From assembly GCA_943354835.1 (NCBI GenBank), contig CALRDH010000001.1, forward strand, positions 191,298 to 255,297: a stretch of 64,000 nt of DNA, read 5' to 3'. The translations under genes and the position numbers were made by a program. Below the pieces are notes generated by a model. That model saw nothing but the letters and a program-made list of their open reading frames with translations. It had not been told where the DNA came from and made no database searches. The stretch comes from a candidate division WWE3 bacterium. GTDB lineage: Bacteria; Patescibacteriota; WWE3; 2-01-FULL-39-13. Shown here piece by piece: positions 37,847-47,775 of the stretch. Position 1 is the first letter of the stretch, and each line of letters opens with the position of its first letter.

Positions 37847-39238
37847 TTATATCTTTTCATAAATCACTCCCTGCGCGTCTCTTTGAACTTCGGTGTAGTT
37901 GTATTTTGCGGGATTTTCACGAAGTAGTAAATCAAGAAATGTTCCGTTTGCGATTAGCAAATAATTTGTTTCATATTTGTTTAAAATCTGTTCCCAATCT
38001 GGTTGGGTTTGTGTTATTTTTAGCCATGTTGTGTATGGGCTTTCTCCGTTTTCACCTATCCATGCTGGCATTCTTCCGTCTATAAAAAATTTCATATTTG
38101 GTAATTTCCATACTAAAAAACCTCCCCATTCGTATGTGTTATATACATTTCCTGACTTATCCTTAAAGAATTCAACTTGATTGTTAAGAAATTGATCTTG
38201 GCCTTTATTATATTTATTTATCGAAACTACATTCGTAAATCCGAAATAAAGTATTAGGCCAAAAAGACATAAAAAGGAAAAATCATGAATAAATGAGGTC
38301 CATTTTTTTGGCATTTTAAATTTCCTGAATTCATAGCTTGCGAATATTACAGCTGAAAAATAATAAATCGGAAGATTTCTGCGGGCCGAAATTGCAAGGT
38401 ATGTCGATAATAAAAGAAGAACCAAAAAGAATATATTGAAATTTTTATAATTGGTTTTTGACAAATGTATGTAAAACAAAACTCCAGTTAGTGAAAGTAT
38501 CAAAAGAACATAATTTTGTGGAGGCGGAACCCATTCAGCAATTAATGTGTTCATTGGAATTTGCATGTGGTGATAAATTTCTAGGTAAATTCGGTAGCCA
38601 AATGGATTTATTAGAGTTGCGAGTATTCCTGTTATTGTGAGAAATATAAAACTTCTAAATTCACGGAAATCAACTTTTTTGAAAATCCATCTGTAAAAAA
38701 CATTTGCTGTGTAAATTCCCAAAACAATTGGCCCTAAGAAAAATCCTGCATGTGTGTTTGCCCAAATTAAAAATAGTAAGGGAAGAAGATATACAAGCTT
38801 TTTTCGTGATAAAAGGTAGATCTCTAGAAATAAAAATAAAAGCGTCATGAATTGAGACCTGAATCCAAGTGAAATCGTCGACCATGAAAAAGCCGTCGCA
38901 ATTAAAATAAGAGACATCTTTACTAGGAAATCTCCACGCATGGTTTTGTAAATCACAAAGATTATAAGCGATGAAACTATGGTTCCGATTATGCTAATTG
39001 CTACAAATCCACCAACATCGAAGGTTAGTGAAATTAGTGCGTCGTATATAAAACTTGGATATGCCCATTTGTAATCTTTTAAGAAATAGGTAAATGTATT
39101 GTCAATGCATGGTTTTTGAAGCTTGAGAAGTTCGCTTCCGCATCTGTAATGCCAGCCGAAATCCGGGTCTGTGTTTGGAATGAGGAATAGAAAAAAGATG
39201 AATGCAAAGAAGGATATGAAAAGTGTGTGCTTTCGCAT
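37847..39238 (-). CDS. GT-C-fold polytopic membrane protein, paralog 4
   Basis: 463 aa with 12+ TM helices. Confidence 0.4.
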   Translation of the reverse strand: MRKHTLFISFFAFIFFLFLIPNTDPDFGWHYRCGSELLKLQKPCIDNTFTYFLKDYKWAYPSFIYDALISLTFDVGGFVAISIIGTIVSSLIIFVIYKTMRGDFLVKMSLILIATAFSWSTISLGFRSQFMTLLFLFLEIYLLSRKKLVYLLPLLFLIWANTHAGFFLGPIVLGIYTANVFYRWIFKKVDFREFRSFIFLTITGILATLINPFGYRIYLEIYHHMQIPMNTLIAEWVPPPQNYVLLILSLTGVLFYIHLSKTNYKNFNIFFLVLLLLSTYLAISARRNLPIYYFSAVIFASYEFRKFKMPKKWTSFIHDFSFLCLFGLILYFGFTNVVSINKYNKGQDQFLNNQVEFFKDKSGNVYNTYEWGGFLVWKLPNMKFFIDGRMPAWIGENGESPYTTWLKITQTQPDWEQILNKYETNYLLIANGTFLDLLLRENPAKYNYTEVQRDAQGVIYEKI

Positions 39239-39251
39239 CTTTCTATTATAC

Positions 39252-39293
39252 GGGCCAGGCCCGAAAGGGCCTAGGCCCTTTCGGGCCTGGCCC
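39252..39293. repeat. 42-bp perfect GC-rich palindrome GGGCCAGGCCCGAAAGGGCC-TA-GGCCCTTTCGGGCCTGGCCC forming the core of a divergent promoter pair
   Basis: Read directly. Each half contains a GGCCC-GAAA/TTTC-GGGCC hairpin. A TATAAT lies 1 nt beyond the left end on the minus strand, and TAGAAT lies 10 nt beyond the right end on the plus strand (ATG at 39317). Confidence 0.7.
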
Positions 39294-39316
39294 CCATAGA
39301 ATGCTAGAATATCCGC

Positions 39317-41092
39317 ATGGACAGTATTTCCGAAATAAAATCAAAGTTAAATATCATCGACCTTATAGGAACTTATACTCCTTTAAAGCAGTCTGGCAAA
39401 AATCACAAAGGTTTGTGTCCGTTTCACTCTGAAAAAACACCGTCATTTATGGTTTCCGAAGATCTCCAAAGATATAGATGTTTTGGCTGCGGAAAAAGTG
39501 GCGATGTCTTCAACTTTATTATGGATGTTGAAGGTGTAGATTTTCCTGAAGCCTTAAAAGTCCTTGCTGAAAAAACTGGAGTAAAACTTGATTTAAAGTC
39601 TGATGCTTTTAACAAAAAAGATAAAGATGCGACATCAAAAATATATGAGATCAATGAAATCGCTTCGAAGTTTTATCAGCATTTATTGAATAAACACGAA
39701 TTTGGCGAAGTCGGCCGTGCTTATATAAAAAAACGCCAGGTTTCCGCAAAAATTGTTAAGGATTTTGGTATCGGATACGCGCCAAATTCGTGGGATAGCC
39801 TTTCAAGATATTTGATTTCAAAAAAATTTACAGCAGAAGAAATTATTAATTCAGGCCTTGGTAAATATAGGAAATCTTCTAAAAACACTTACGATATTTT
39901 TCGCGGACGTCTGATGTTTCCATTAAGAGACAACATGGGCCGAATAACAGGCTTTTCCGGGAGAGCACTTTTTGAAGATCAAGATCCAAAATATATAAAT
40001 ACAGCTGAAACAGAAGTTTTTCATAAAGAAAGATTTCTTTTCGGTCTTGATTTGGCGAAAAACGCAATTCGAAAGGCTAATTTGGCGATTATTGTCGAAG
40101 GTGAATTCGATATGATTTCGCCTTATCAAGCTGGTTACGAAAATATTGTTGCTTCTAAAGGAACGGCTTTAACAATGGGACAAGTGAATTTATTAAAAAG
40201 ATATGCTCAAACAATTGTTTTGATTTTCGATAATGATGTCGCCGGAGCCGATGCCTCAGTACGTGGAATCGACATTATTAAAGATTGCGGACTCGATATA
40301 AAAATCGCAGTTTTGCCGGAAGGTTCAAAAGATCCTGACGAACTTATTAAAAAAGATACAAATTTATTTGGTGAGGTTGTTAGAAATGCATTGCCTTTGT
40401 GGGATTATTATTTTTCGTATGCTTCAAGCAAATATAATTTGTCTAATATCTTTGAAAAGAAAAAGGCTTCGCAGTTTTTGATAAATATTATTAATGAAAT
40501 CGAGGATGAGGTTGTCAGGTCAACATATATTAAAAAGTTCTCTGTGCTTTTTGATGTTGATGAATCAGTTGTAAAAAATCAAATTGATAAAAGTGTTCCT
40601 TCAACAAGAAGTAGATTTACGACTGATGTTCCAGAAAAAATAGTTATGGAAAGTGGTTTTGAAGATTATCCAGGTTCTGAAGTTTATGTTTTAACTCTTT
40701 TGATGGATGCAAATAATTTAGAATTCGAAGCTTTTTCAAATGTAATTAATCCAGATTTTTTTACAAATCAGTTTATTAAGGATTTATTTATAGAACTTAC
40801 GGATAGTAGAAAAGATTCAAAAAGCTTTGATGTAAAGGCCTTTTATGCTAAACTTCAGCACAGTCACCCTAATGTATATAGTTTGTTTGAAAAAGTTTAT
40901 TTACGTGGCAGATTTGAAGATACGCAGTCTCTTTCTGATGAGATCGCATTTGCTATTTTGCGCTTAAAACAAGCCTTCCAAAAAAGAAGGCGTAAAGAAT
41001 TGGCGGTTGCCATTGCAAAAGCTGAAGCGGTTTCTGATTTTACTCTTGTTGCAAGTTTGCAAAAAGAGGTTAAAGAGGTTTCGAATCTTTGA
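39317..41092 (+). CDS. dnaG: DNA primase
   Basis: Zinc ribbon [13 protein letters not shown]...CFGCGKSGD, then TOPRIM ([15 protein letters not shown]); 591 aa. Confidence 0.9.
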   Translation: MDSISEIKSKLNIIDLIGTYTPLKQSGKNHKGLCPFHSEKTPSFMVSEDLQRYRCFGCGKSGDVFNFIMDVEGVDFPEALKVLAEKTGVKLDLKSDAFNKKDKDATSKIYEINEIASKFYQHLLNKHEFGEVGRAYIKKRQVSAKIVKDFGIGYAPNSWDSLSRYLISKKFTAEEIINSGLGKYRKSSKNTYDIFRGRLMFPLRDNMGRITGFSGRALFEDQDPKYINTAETEVFHKERFLFGLDLAKNAIRKANLAIIVEGEFDMISPYQAGYENIVASKGTALTMGQVNLLKRYAQTIVLIFDNDVAGADASVRGIDIIKDCGLDIKIAVLPEGSKDPDELIKKDTNLFGEVVRNALPLWDYYFSYASSKYNLSNIFEKKKASQFLINIINEIEDEVVRSTYIKKFSVLFDVDESVVKNQIDKSVPSTRSRFTTDVPEKIVMESGFEDYPGSEVYVLTLLMDANNLEFEAFSNVINPDFFTNQFIKDLFIELTDSRKDSKSFDVKAFYAKLQHSHPNVYSLFEKVYLRGRFEDTQSLSDEIAFAILRLKQAFQKRRRKELAVAIAKAEAVSDFTLVASLQKEVKEVSNL

Positions 41093-41114
41093 TAGATCTG
41101 TCTTTTTCAAATTT

Positions 41115-42389
41115 ATGGCTTCTTCAATTAAGAACAATCCAAAGATTAAAAATCTTATAAATAAAGGACGAAGTAAAGGTCACGTTACGTATCAAGAGAT
41201 TTTGAGCGCAATTCCACAGGTAGAAGAAGATCTAGAAGTTTTGGATGAACTTTATGGAATTTTGCTTGAAGATAAGATTGAAGTTCTTGAAGATACGGTT
41301 GATTTAGAGGAAGAAGCTTCTAAGGGAGTTTTAGATCTTCAGAAAGAATTGAAAGAGACAAGTCTTCAGTCGACTTTGGATCGTGCGATTACAGGAGATC
41401 CTGTTCGTATGTATTTAAGAGAAATTGGTCGAGAAGGTCTTTTAACAGCAGCCGAAGAGGTTGAGCTTGCTCAAATGGTCGAAGCTGTTGCTTATCAAGA
41501 TGCAATCGCTGAACTTACAAAAAAAGGCGTTAAAAAACCAAATTACAAACAAATCGCAGAGCTTATGCTTCAAGGAGAGTTTGATGATGTTGGTAAAAAA
41601 CTTCGTGTTGATCAATCAAAAAAACAACTCGAAGATTTTACTTCCAATAAAAGAACTTTTAAGATGAAGAAGGCTAGGTATAGATTGATTAATTCAAACC
41701 TTCGACTTGTTGTTTCCATCGCAAAGAGATATATGAATCGTGGTCTTACTTTTTCGGATCTTATTCAAGAAGGAAATATAGGACTTATGAGGGCTGTTGA
41801 TAAATTTGATTGGCGACGTGGATTTAAATTTTCAACATATGCAACATGGTGGATAAGACAGGCAATTACAAGAGCTATTGCTGATCAAGCAAGAACTATA
41901 AGAATTCCTGTTCACATGATTGAAACTATTAATAAGCTTAAAAGGATTCAAAGAGAACTTGAACAAAAGTATGAAAGAGAAGCAACGGCAAAAGAAATCG
42001 GAAAAGTCATGGGAATTGAGCCTGAAAAAGTCGAAGAGATTTTAAAGATTTCTCAAGAGCCAAGTAGTCTTCAAGCAAAAGTTGGAAAAGAAGGCGATAC
42101 GGAACTTTCAGAATTTATTGAAGATTTAGATACTGAAACTCCAGAAGATATGGCTTCATACGAACTCTTGAAGGGTCATATTGTTGAGGTTTTGGATACT
42201 TTAAGCGAAAGAGAACAGAAAGTTTTGGAGTTGCGCTTTGGCCTCAAAGACCATAAGCCACGAACGCTTGAAGAAGTCGGAAAAGTTTTTGGTGTTACAC
42301 GTGAGCGTATTAGGCAGATCGAGGCCAAAGCGCTTAGAAAGTTAAGACATCCAAGCAGAAGCAGAAAATTAAGAGATTATCTTGATTAA
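41115..42389 (+). CDS. rpoD: RNA polymerase primary sigma factor (sigma-70)
   Basis: Regions 1.2 to 4 are present: [79 protein letters not shown]. Start chosen at the [11 protein letters not shown] after the dnaG stop rather than the overlapping TTG in the track. Confidence 0.9.
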   Translation: MASSIKNNPKIKNLINKGRSKGHVTYQEILSAIPQVEEDLEVLDELYGILLEDKIEVLEDTVDLEEEASKGVLDLQKELKETSLQSTLDRAITGDPVRMYLREIGREGLLTAAEEVELAQMVEAVAYQDAIAELTKKGVKKPNYKQIAELMLQGEFDDVGKKLRVDQSKKQLEDFTSNKRTFKMKKARYRLINSNLRLVVSIAKRYMNRGLTFSDLIQEGNIGLMRAVDKFDWRRGFKFSTYATWWIRQAITRAIADQARTIRIPVHMIETINKLKRIQRELEQKYEREATAKEIGKVMGIEPEKVEEILKISQEPSSLQAKVGKEGDTELSEFIEDLDTETPEDMASYELLKGHIVEVLDTLSEREQKVLELRFGLKDHKPRTLEEVGKVFGVTRERIRQIEAKALRKLRHPSRSRKLRDYLD

Positions 42390-42907
42390 ATAGGTACACC
42401 TTTTAGGAGCACGCCGACTGCGAATGCGACAGCAGCGGCGATGCCTCCTATTACAAGCGATCTCGCTCCTGTGTATATTGGGTTTTTGCTTGTAAAAAAT
42501 CCTTCAGCTATTCCAATAGATATTAATGATGTTGTCATTATGGCTACTGCTATTTCAAATTGATTCGGGATTTTGAAAAAGTATGGAAAAACCGGTAAAA
42601 CTCCTGCAATTATAAATGCAATAAATGTGACAATTCCATTTGCGATGGCTGGTGTTTTTTTGAATTTTTGATGCTGTGCTGATTCATATTCCTCTTCGCC
42701 TTTTGCTCCTAAATAATTTCCAGAAGCCATTGAAAATCCATCAGCAAATAAATTCGCGACTCCTAAAATTACAATAACCTTTGGATCCAAATTTGCCCCC
42801 AAAGAGCCTGCAATAACTGCAAACGTTGTAACAAGACCGTCATTAGAAGCAAGAATTGATGCATGCAAAAACGAAGCCTTATCGGAAATAGATGGTTTAA
42901 ATTTCAT
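42386..42907 (-). CDS. VIT1/CCC1-family membrane protein (iron/manganese transporter-like)
   Basis: [23 protein letters not shown] and [21 protein letters not shown] are VIT-family motifs. Start taken at MKFKPS. Confidence 0.55.
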   Translation of the reverse strand: MKFKPSISDKASFLHASILASNDGLVTTFAVIAGSLGANLDPKVIVILGVANLFADGFSMASGNYLGAKGEEEYESAQHQKFKKTPAIANGIVTFIAFIIAGVLPVFPYFFKIPNQFEIAVAIMTTSLISIGIAEGFFTSKNPIYTGARSLVIGGIAAAVAFAVGVLLKGVPI

Positions 42908-43053
42908 ATAAAAACATTCTAGCATTATGTAGAAACTGGATTAACTAGAAGTTGGGAAAAGACTAGGAAAGAATTAGATAAATGCGTTATAATATGCTCC
43001 AACTGCCATCGTGAATTGCATGGTGGTTTGATTGAGTTAGAAAAATTTAACAA

Positions 43054-43128
43054 TCCGCGGTAGCTCAATGGTGGAGCAGATTCCTGTTAAGAATAAGGTT
43101 GTTGGTTCGAGCCCAACCCGCGGAGCCA
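43054..43128 (+). tRNA. tRNA-Asn (anticodon GTT)
   Basis: TCCGCGGTAGCTCAATGGTGGAGCAGATTCCTGTTAAGAATAAGGTTGTTGGTTCGAGCCCAACCCGCGGAGCCA has anticodon loop CTGTTAA and discriminator G73. Confidence 0.8.
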
Positions 43129-43188
43129 GTTAGTACTAGTCAACCTGGATTAAACCTGCCTACGTTTATGTATGAAAGGTAGGTTTGT

Positions 43189-43788
43189 ATGGAGAATATA
43201 GCAGACAACCCAAGCAATATTACTTTAATCTTCATTGGTGCAATTATAGCCTTTATAAGTACCAACATTGTTGAATATATTAAAAATTGGAGCGAACTAA
43301 GAGGCAAAACAAAGAATTTTAAACTGTTTATAAAACTGGAATTGGAAGTTATTGCTAAGACTCTTGAAAAGCTTCAAACAGGATTATCTTATGGCCGTTA
43401 CTATGATTATCTATTGTTAGATAGGATAAAGGAGAGCATTGATAATCTTGAAAAAGTCAGGATTGACGTAATTTACCTTTCTGATCCAGAATTAAAAGAA
43501 AAATTTATCGAAACAACCTCTGATATCTCCACCTATATTGCTACTGTCAGAATGGTGCAACAACTTTTTTATGATGATAGGGGCAAATCGTTAGGACAGG
43601 CAGAAGTAAATAAACCAGTAGCAATTAGTAATAAATCTAAAAAACTTATAAAAAAGGAAAACAAAAGTGAAGAACTAGTTTCCGAGGAAGCATGGAAAGC
43701 GTTTAATGAGAGACGTATCGAAAAAACAATTGAATACGTTGAAATAAAGCGAAAACTTGAAGAATTAATTAAAGGCCTGGCTAGCTAA
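43189..43788 (+). CDS. Hypothetical protein, N-terminal TM plus coiled-coil
   Basis: 199 aa; first gene after tRNA-Asn; no recognisable domain. Confidence 0.35.
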   Translation: MENIADNPSNITLIFIGAIIAFISTNIVEYIKNWSELRGKTKNFKLFIKLELEVIAKTLEKLQTGLSYGRYYDYLLLDRIKESIDNLEKVRIDVIYLSDPELKEKFIETTSDISTYIATVRMVQQLFYDDRGKSLGQAEVNKPVAISNKSKKLIKKENKSEELVSEEAWKAFNERRIEKTIEYVEIKRKLEELIKGLAS

Positions 43789-43842
43789 TTTTTTCGCTTG
43801 TTTTTTTGATTTCGTCTAGTTTTTCAAATCAATATTCTATAT

Positions 43843-44433
43843 ATGATTGAAAATTTAACTCCAAATAATGAATTGAATGAGCAACAGATAAAATTACTCA
43901 ATGGGGATAAGGAGGAACAGTTTTTGCTTAAAAGAGAAATTCATAGAGATATTTTTCCAATTATGGTCGAAGGTTTTAGGCAAATTAGGGAGCTAACACA
44001 AAATATAGCAATTATTTCTGGGGCTATAGCGGCTTTTACAATTCCTATTTTAAATACTGATCTAGTGCAAACCAAGGTATTGGCTTATATTGCTTTATTG
44101 TTGCTTTTTATCTCTATAGTCTACGCGATTCATCATTTGTCTGAAGTTATTTCGAAGGAAGTGAACGATCTATCAAAACAACATTCAACATACAATGATA
44201 TCCTCGATGATGCTATTGATAGAGTAAATACTGTGTTGTTAACTGGTAATATTGATAAGCTAAATGTTGATGAGAAGAAAGTTTTAAAAAAACTTTCCAC
44301 TATAAAAATACTGCCTAAAATTGATAGAAGCTTAAATATTCTTAAGACAATTATATTTGCTGCTTTAGTTTATTTGTTTTTATCATTCATTCCACTTAAC
44401 GAAATAATTCGGTTTCTTCATTTGGAATCATAG
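43843..44433 (+). CDS. Hypothetical membrane protein (central and C-terminal TM helices)
   Basis: 196 aa with no recognisable domain. Confidence 0.35.
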   Translation: MIENLTPNNELNEQQIKLLNGDKEEQFLLKREIHRDIFPIMVEGFRQIRELTQNIAIISGAIAAFTIPILNTDLVQTKVLAYIALLLLFISIVYAIHHLSEVISKEVNDLSKQHSTYNDILDDAIDRVNTVLLTGNIDKLNVDEKKVLKKLSTIKILPKIDRSLNILKTIIFAALVYLFLSFIPLNEIIRFLHLES

Positions 44434-44444
44434 AGCATCCTCCG

Positions 44445-44831
44445 TTGTATAATTCCTTTATGAATTCAGTATCTGTAGAACTCATGGTTGATGATATACA
44501 AAAAACTGTAGAGTTCTATAAAACAGTTTTAGGTTTTGAAGTAATACTTGAAACTCCAGATGATAAGCCGACTTTTGCTATTATAAAAAGCAATAACGTG
44601 AAGCTTATGTTGTATATCAGGGAAGAGTTTGCAAACGAAATCCCAAAATTCAAAAACGAGAAACTAGGCGGCTCAATCGCGTTATATATAGGCGTAGATA
44701 ACATTAAGAATTGGCACAAAAGACTAGAGAGCAAAGTGAAGGTTGTACAAAAATTACACGCTACAGAATACGGTACAGAAGAATTCTCCTTTGAAGATAT
44801 CAATGGATATGTGTTAATGTTCCACGAATAA
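44445..44831 (+). CDS. VOC/glyoxalase-family protein
   Basis: SVELMVDDIQKTVEFYKTVLGFEV is the beta-alpha-beta-beta-beta module signature of glyoxalase/bleomycin-resistance folds. Confidence 0.5.
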   Translation: MYNSFMNSVSVELMVDDIQKTVEFYKTVLGFEVILETPDDKPTFAIIKSNNVKLMLYIREEFANEIPKFKNEKLGGSIALYIGVDNIKNWHKRLESKVKVVQKLHATEYGTEEFSFEDINGYVLMFHE

Positions 44832-44948
44832 ACCCAATGATTCGTGTCTTATAGATAGTTTATAGTTGTGGGTGGTGCTTGTGGATAGTATTTGATATCA
44901 AAAACTTTCTATTGTGGAAAGTAATTATGTCGGATATTTGCGAAAAAA

Positions 44949-45548
44949 CTACTTAATTAATGCTTCTAGATATGCCTTGTTCGGAATTGCAATTATTTGT
45001 TGAATACTATTTGCACCATAAAGCTTGATGAGTTTGTGCAGGTTTTTGCACGTGTCTATAAGAAGTTTTTTGTCCATAGACTCGCTATTTTGGTCAGTTG
45101 CAAATTGAAGCAAAGCAATTGACCCAAATGCGATTTCTTGTTCAGTTATAGTTTGTGGCAAGTCAGTTGTTACCGATCTACTACCATCCCTATCGAAATA
45201 AGTTCCGCTTATTATTTTTACTGTATTATCTGTAGTTTTTACTTTTCTGTATTCAATTATTTCTTTCAGCCCAGACAATTCAAATAAGTCAATTCCATTT
45301 TCGATTCCATAATTAGCTGCTCTATCAATAGAATTCATTATTAAAGTGATTGGTTCTGAAGGCAGTAAGCCATATCCGCCAAAGTTATATATCATTTTAA
45401 CTGTGTAGCAGGCATATAGTCTAATGTATTCGGGGTTGGGGGTGGTGTGTACAGGATTGATAGAAATACTGACTTTCTTATTACCATCAAAACAGATCCC
45501 GTATTTTAATATATCAGTTTTACCGGATAGATAATCTAACAATCCCAT
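44949..45548 (-). CDS. Hypothetical protein
   Basis: 199 aa with no recognisable motif. Confidence 0.35.
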   Translation of the reverse strand: MGLLDYLSGKTDILKYGICFDGNKKVSISINPVHTTPNPEYIRLYACYTVKMIYNFGGYGLLPSEPITLIMNSIDRAANYGIENGIDLFELSGLKEIIEYRKVKTTDNTVKIISGTYFDRDGSRSVTTDLPQTITEQEIAFGSIALLQFATDQNSESMDKKLLIDTCKNLHKLIKLYGANSIQQIIAIPNKAYLEALIK

Positions 45549-45816
45549 ATATGGTATTTATACCACTTGTTGGAACTTAATCAATCAGAACGGAGTGCTT
45601 AATCATGACATAATCGCTAGTTCTGAGATGTGAACATGCTTACCTTGATATTAAGTTTTTCGATAAAATTTTTTATAAGTTAGTTTCCGTATTTGCAGTG
45701 TCGATAATCTCCTCTAGTTGCGGATTTTGCATACCTTTAAAATCAATTAAAAGAATTGGCTTCTGATTGTAGTAAGCTCAATTCGTATCGCATTCTCGAA
45801 GCGGTATAATATTGCC

Positions 45817-46176
45817 ATGAAATTTATTTTTTTATTTTTAATTTTAGCTTGTCTCATGGGTGGTTGGTTTTACTGGTATGAAGTAAGACCGGCAAAAATT
45901 CGACACGATTGTTCATGGGTTAAACATACTTCAGGGTTTGTTGATGCAATTCCTGCTATGACAGAAGATGAATTATGGCAGAAGGGTTTACTTAGGGATT
46001 GTAGTACCGCATATGAATCAGTTTTTTATGAATCTGTAACCACTCTCTGTGAATCTTCGAATAGCAGGATAATCGAAAAGTATAAAAACGCAATTGATGC
46101 AGTGCCAGCAAAAGAATGGTGGGAACCTGCCAACCCTAAGGAATATGCGTTTTGTTTGCACGATCAAGGGCTTTGA
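45817..46176 (+). CDS. Hypothetical small protein with N-terminal TM/signal
   Basis: 119 aa, Cys-containing (4 Cys). Confidence 0.35.
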   Translation: MKFIFLFLILACLMGGWFYWYEVRPAKIRHDCSWVKHTSGFVDAIPAMTEDELWQKGLLRDCSTAYESVFYESVTTLCESSNSRIIEKYKNAIDAVPAKEWWEPANPKEYAFCLHDQGL

Positions 46177-46337
46177 TTCTTAAAAAGATATTCTATTCGG
46201 AGTATTTGGATTACATTTGAAAGATTAAAATTCTCATTGGTCTATTCGAATATCAGTATCTCTGTTTTCAAATACTCCTTCACCATGAAATCAATTCTTG
46301 TAACATCCTCGACGCGGAGCCAAAATACCCCATAGTC

Positions 46338-46365
46338 TTGAAGTTCTCGCTTTTTCTGCTATAAT
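46338..46365 (+). promoter_or_regulatory. Near-consensus sigma-70 promoter (TTGAAG -16 nt- TATAAT) for lipoprotein gene A, paralogous to the promoter at 52227
   Basis: -35 at 46338-46343 and -10 at 46360-46365, followed by CCCATTCTCC, which is shared with promoter B. Confidence 0.5.
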
Positions 46366-46541
46366 TTCGCCCATTCTCCAAGGAATATAAACATATTGCT
46401 AATTCAGCATTCATTAAATCCTAGGGAGATAGTACATTAAAATGGCGGGTTAGCTCTTGTGTCTGCTTCCTAAAAATTACTCTTGTAAATTCAACGTGAA
46501 AATATAAGTGTGACCTTTAGGAGGTAGGCGTAGGAGCAAAA

Positions 46542-47114
46542 ATGCTTTGGAAAATCTTGATTAAATCTTTGTGGGAAAATTGGCCGGCCCTATTGGGTTT
46601 GGCTGCAATGGTATTACCTTTGGCTGCATGTCCACCAGAAGGTGCGACCTCAACCCCGATCCCGGCTGTAACGGCACAAGCGACATACGTCGCGCCGACT
46701 GCGGTGCCTTCGCAAGGAGAGATACTCGAAATCAATATGAGGATTAGCTCCGACGTCGAAGGAGGGAAATGCCTTTCAAGTGGAGACAAGTTTTACTTAA
46801 GTCTTCAAATGGAAGGAATCCCCGAAGATTGGGAAGGGCCTAGATCGGCTAACGTGATTTTTCAAGTCGGTCTTCTGGAAGATGGCCAAATTTGGGTTTT
46901 GAACGAAACCCAGGCCATTAAATTCCAGCTTGACACGGGCGAGACGGCCCAAGGGTCCATAAGGGTAGTTTTTTCACTACCCGACGGATCCGCTGTGAGA
47001 TTCGAAAATCCGGAGTTTCCATACTTCAGATATACGGGTCAAAACCAGGAGGGCAAGTTTTGTTTTGATTTGCCTTTTGGAACGTCTCCAGGAGCGCCTT
47101 TGCGAAAGGCCTAG
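46542..47114 (+). CDS. GC-rich secreted lipoprotein-like protein A (lipobox LAAC)
   Basis: MLWKILIKSLWENWPALLGLAAMVLPLAAC|PPEG...; markedly higher GC than surroundings; two Cys in the mature part. Confidence 0.5.
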   Translation: MLWKILIKSLWENWPALLGLAAMVLPLAACPPEGATSTPIPAVTAQATYVAPTAVPSQGEILEINMRISSDVEGGKCLSSGDKFYLSLQMEGIPEDWEGPRSANVIFQVGLLEDGQIWVLNETQAIKFQLDTGETAQGSIRVVFSLPDGSAVRFENPEFPYFRYTGQNQEGKFCFDLPFGTSPGAPLRKA

Positions 47115-47142
47115 CTAGCGCGAATTAACCCGCCATCGCACC

Positions 47143-47208
47143 GGACTACGGATCAGTCATGATGTGTGCCCATAAAGCCACCTCCCCATCAATGACAATC
47201 CGTAGTCC
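47143..47208. repeat. Imperfect ~21-bp inverted repeat (GGACTACGGATCAGTCATGAT / ATCAATGACAATCCGTAGTCC) flanking a 22-nt core, immediately 3' of lipoprotein gene A
   Basis: Read directly; the 11 outer bases form a perfect IR and no T-run follows. Confidence 0.4.
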
Positions 47209-47249
47209 AAGTTCCAAATATTCTTTTCCCAAGCTGATATAATTGTCAC

Positions 47250-47735
47250 GTGTCTAAAATCCTTATTAGTTCATGTCTTCTTGGTTTAAATACTAGGTAT
47301 GATGGTAAGAATAAATTAAATGAAAAGCTTGTGGAGCTGGCAAGAAATAAACAAATTGTTTTTGTTTGTCCAGAACAGTTGAGTGGTTTGTCTACGCCAA
47401 GAGAGCCTGCAGAAATTGAAGCAGGAAAATCGTCTAAAGATGTACTTGAAGGTAATGCCCGCGTTATAACAATTTCAGGAAATACCCAAACAAAAGAATT
47501 TCTTATCGGCGCACAAAAGACATTGGATTTATGTAAAAGTCTTGATATAAAAGTCGCGATTTTGAAAGAGAATAGTCCTTCGTGTGCCTCAAATAATGTA
47601 TATGATGGAACCTTTAAAGGCGGGAAAATTCCAGGCACCGGCGTTGTCGCAGAGCTTTTAAAACAAAACGGCATTACCGTATACAACGAAGACAACTATC
47701 CATTGAGTTTGTTTGATAGCACTAAGCAAATCTAA
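47250..47735 (+). CDS. DUF523-family protein
   Basis: MSKILISSCLLGLNTRYDGKNK...VFVCPEQLSGLSTPREPAEI resembles DUF523 (YbbK-like) proteins. Confidence 0.5.
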   Translation: MSKILISSCLLGLNTRYDGKNKLNEKLVELARNKQIVFVCPEQLSGLSTPREPAEIEAGKSSKDVLEGNARVITISGNTQTKEFLIGAQKTLDLCKSLDIKVAILKENSPSCASNNVYDGTFKGGKIPGTGVVAELLKQNGITVYNEDNYPLSLFDSTKQI

Positions 47736-47775
47736 ATATACACACAATTTGTGTGGCTTTAGGAAAGTATGATTT

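Noticed and set aside
41007-41114. Track start of rpoD at 41007 (TTG) overlapping the dnaG 3' end by 86 nt
   Set aside because: The first ATG after the dnaG stop (41115, MASSIKNN...) gives a normal sigma-70 N-terminus; the long overlap is unnecessary.
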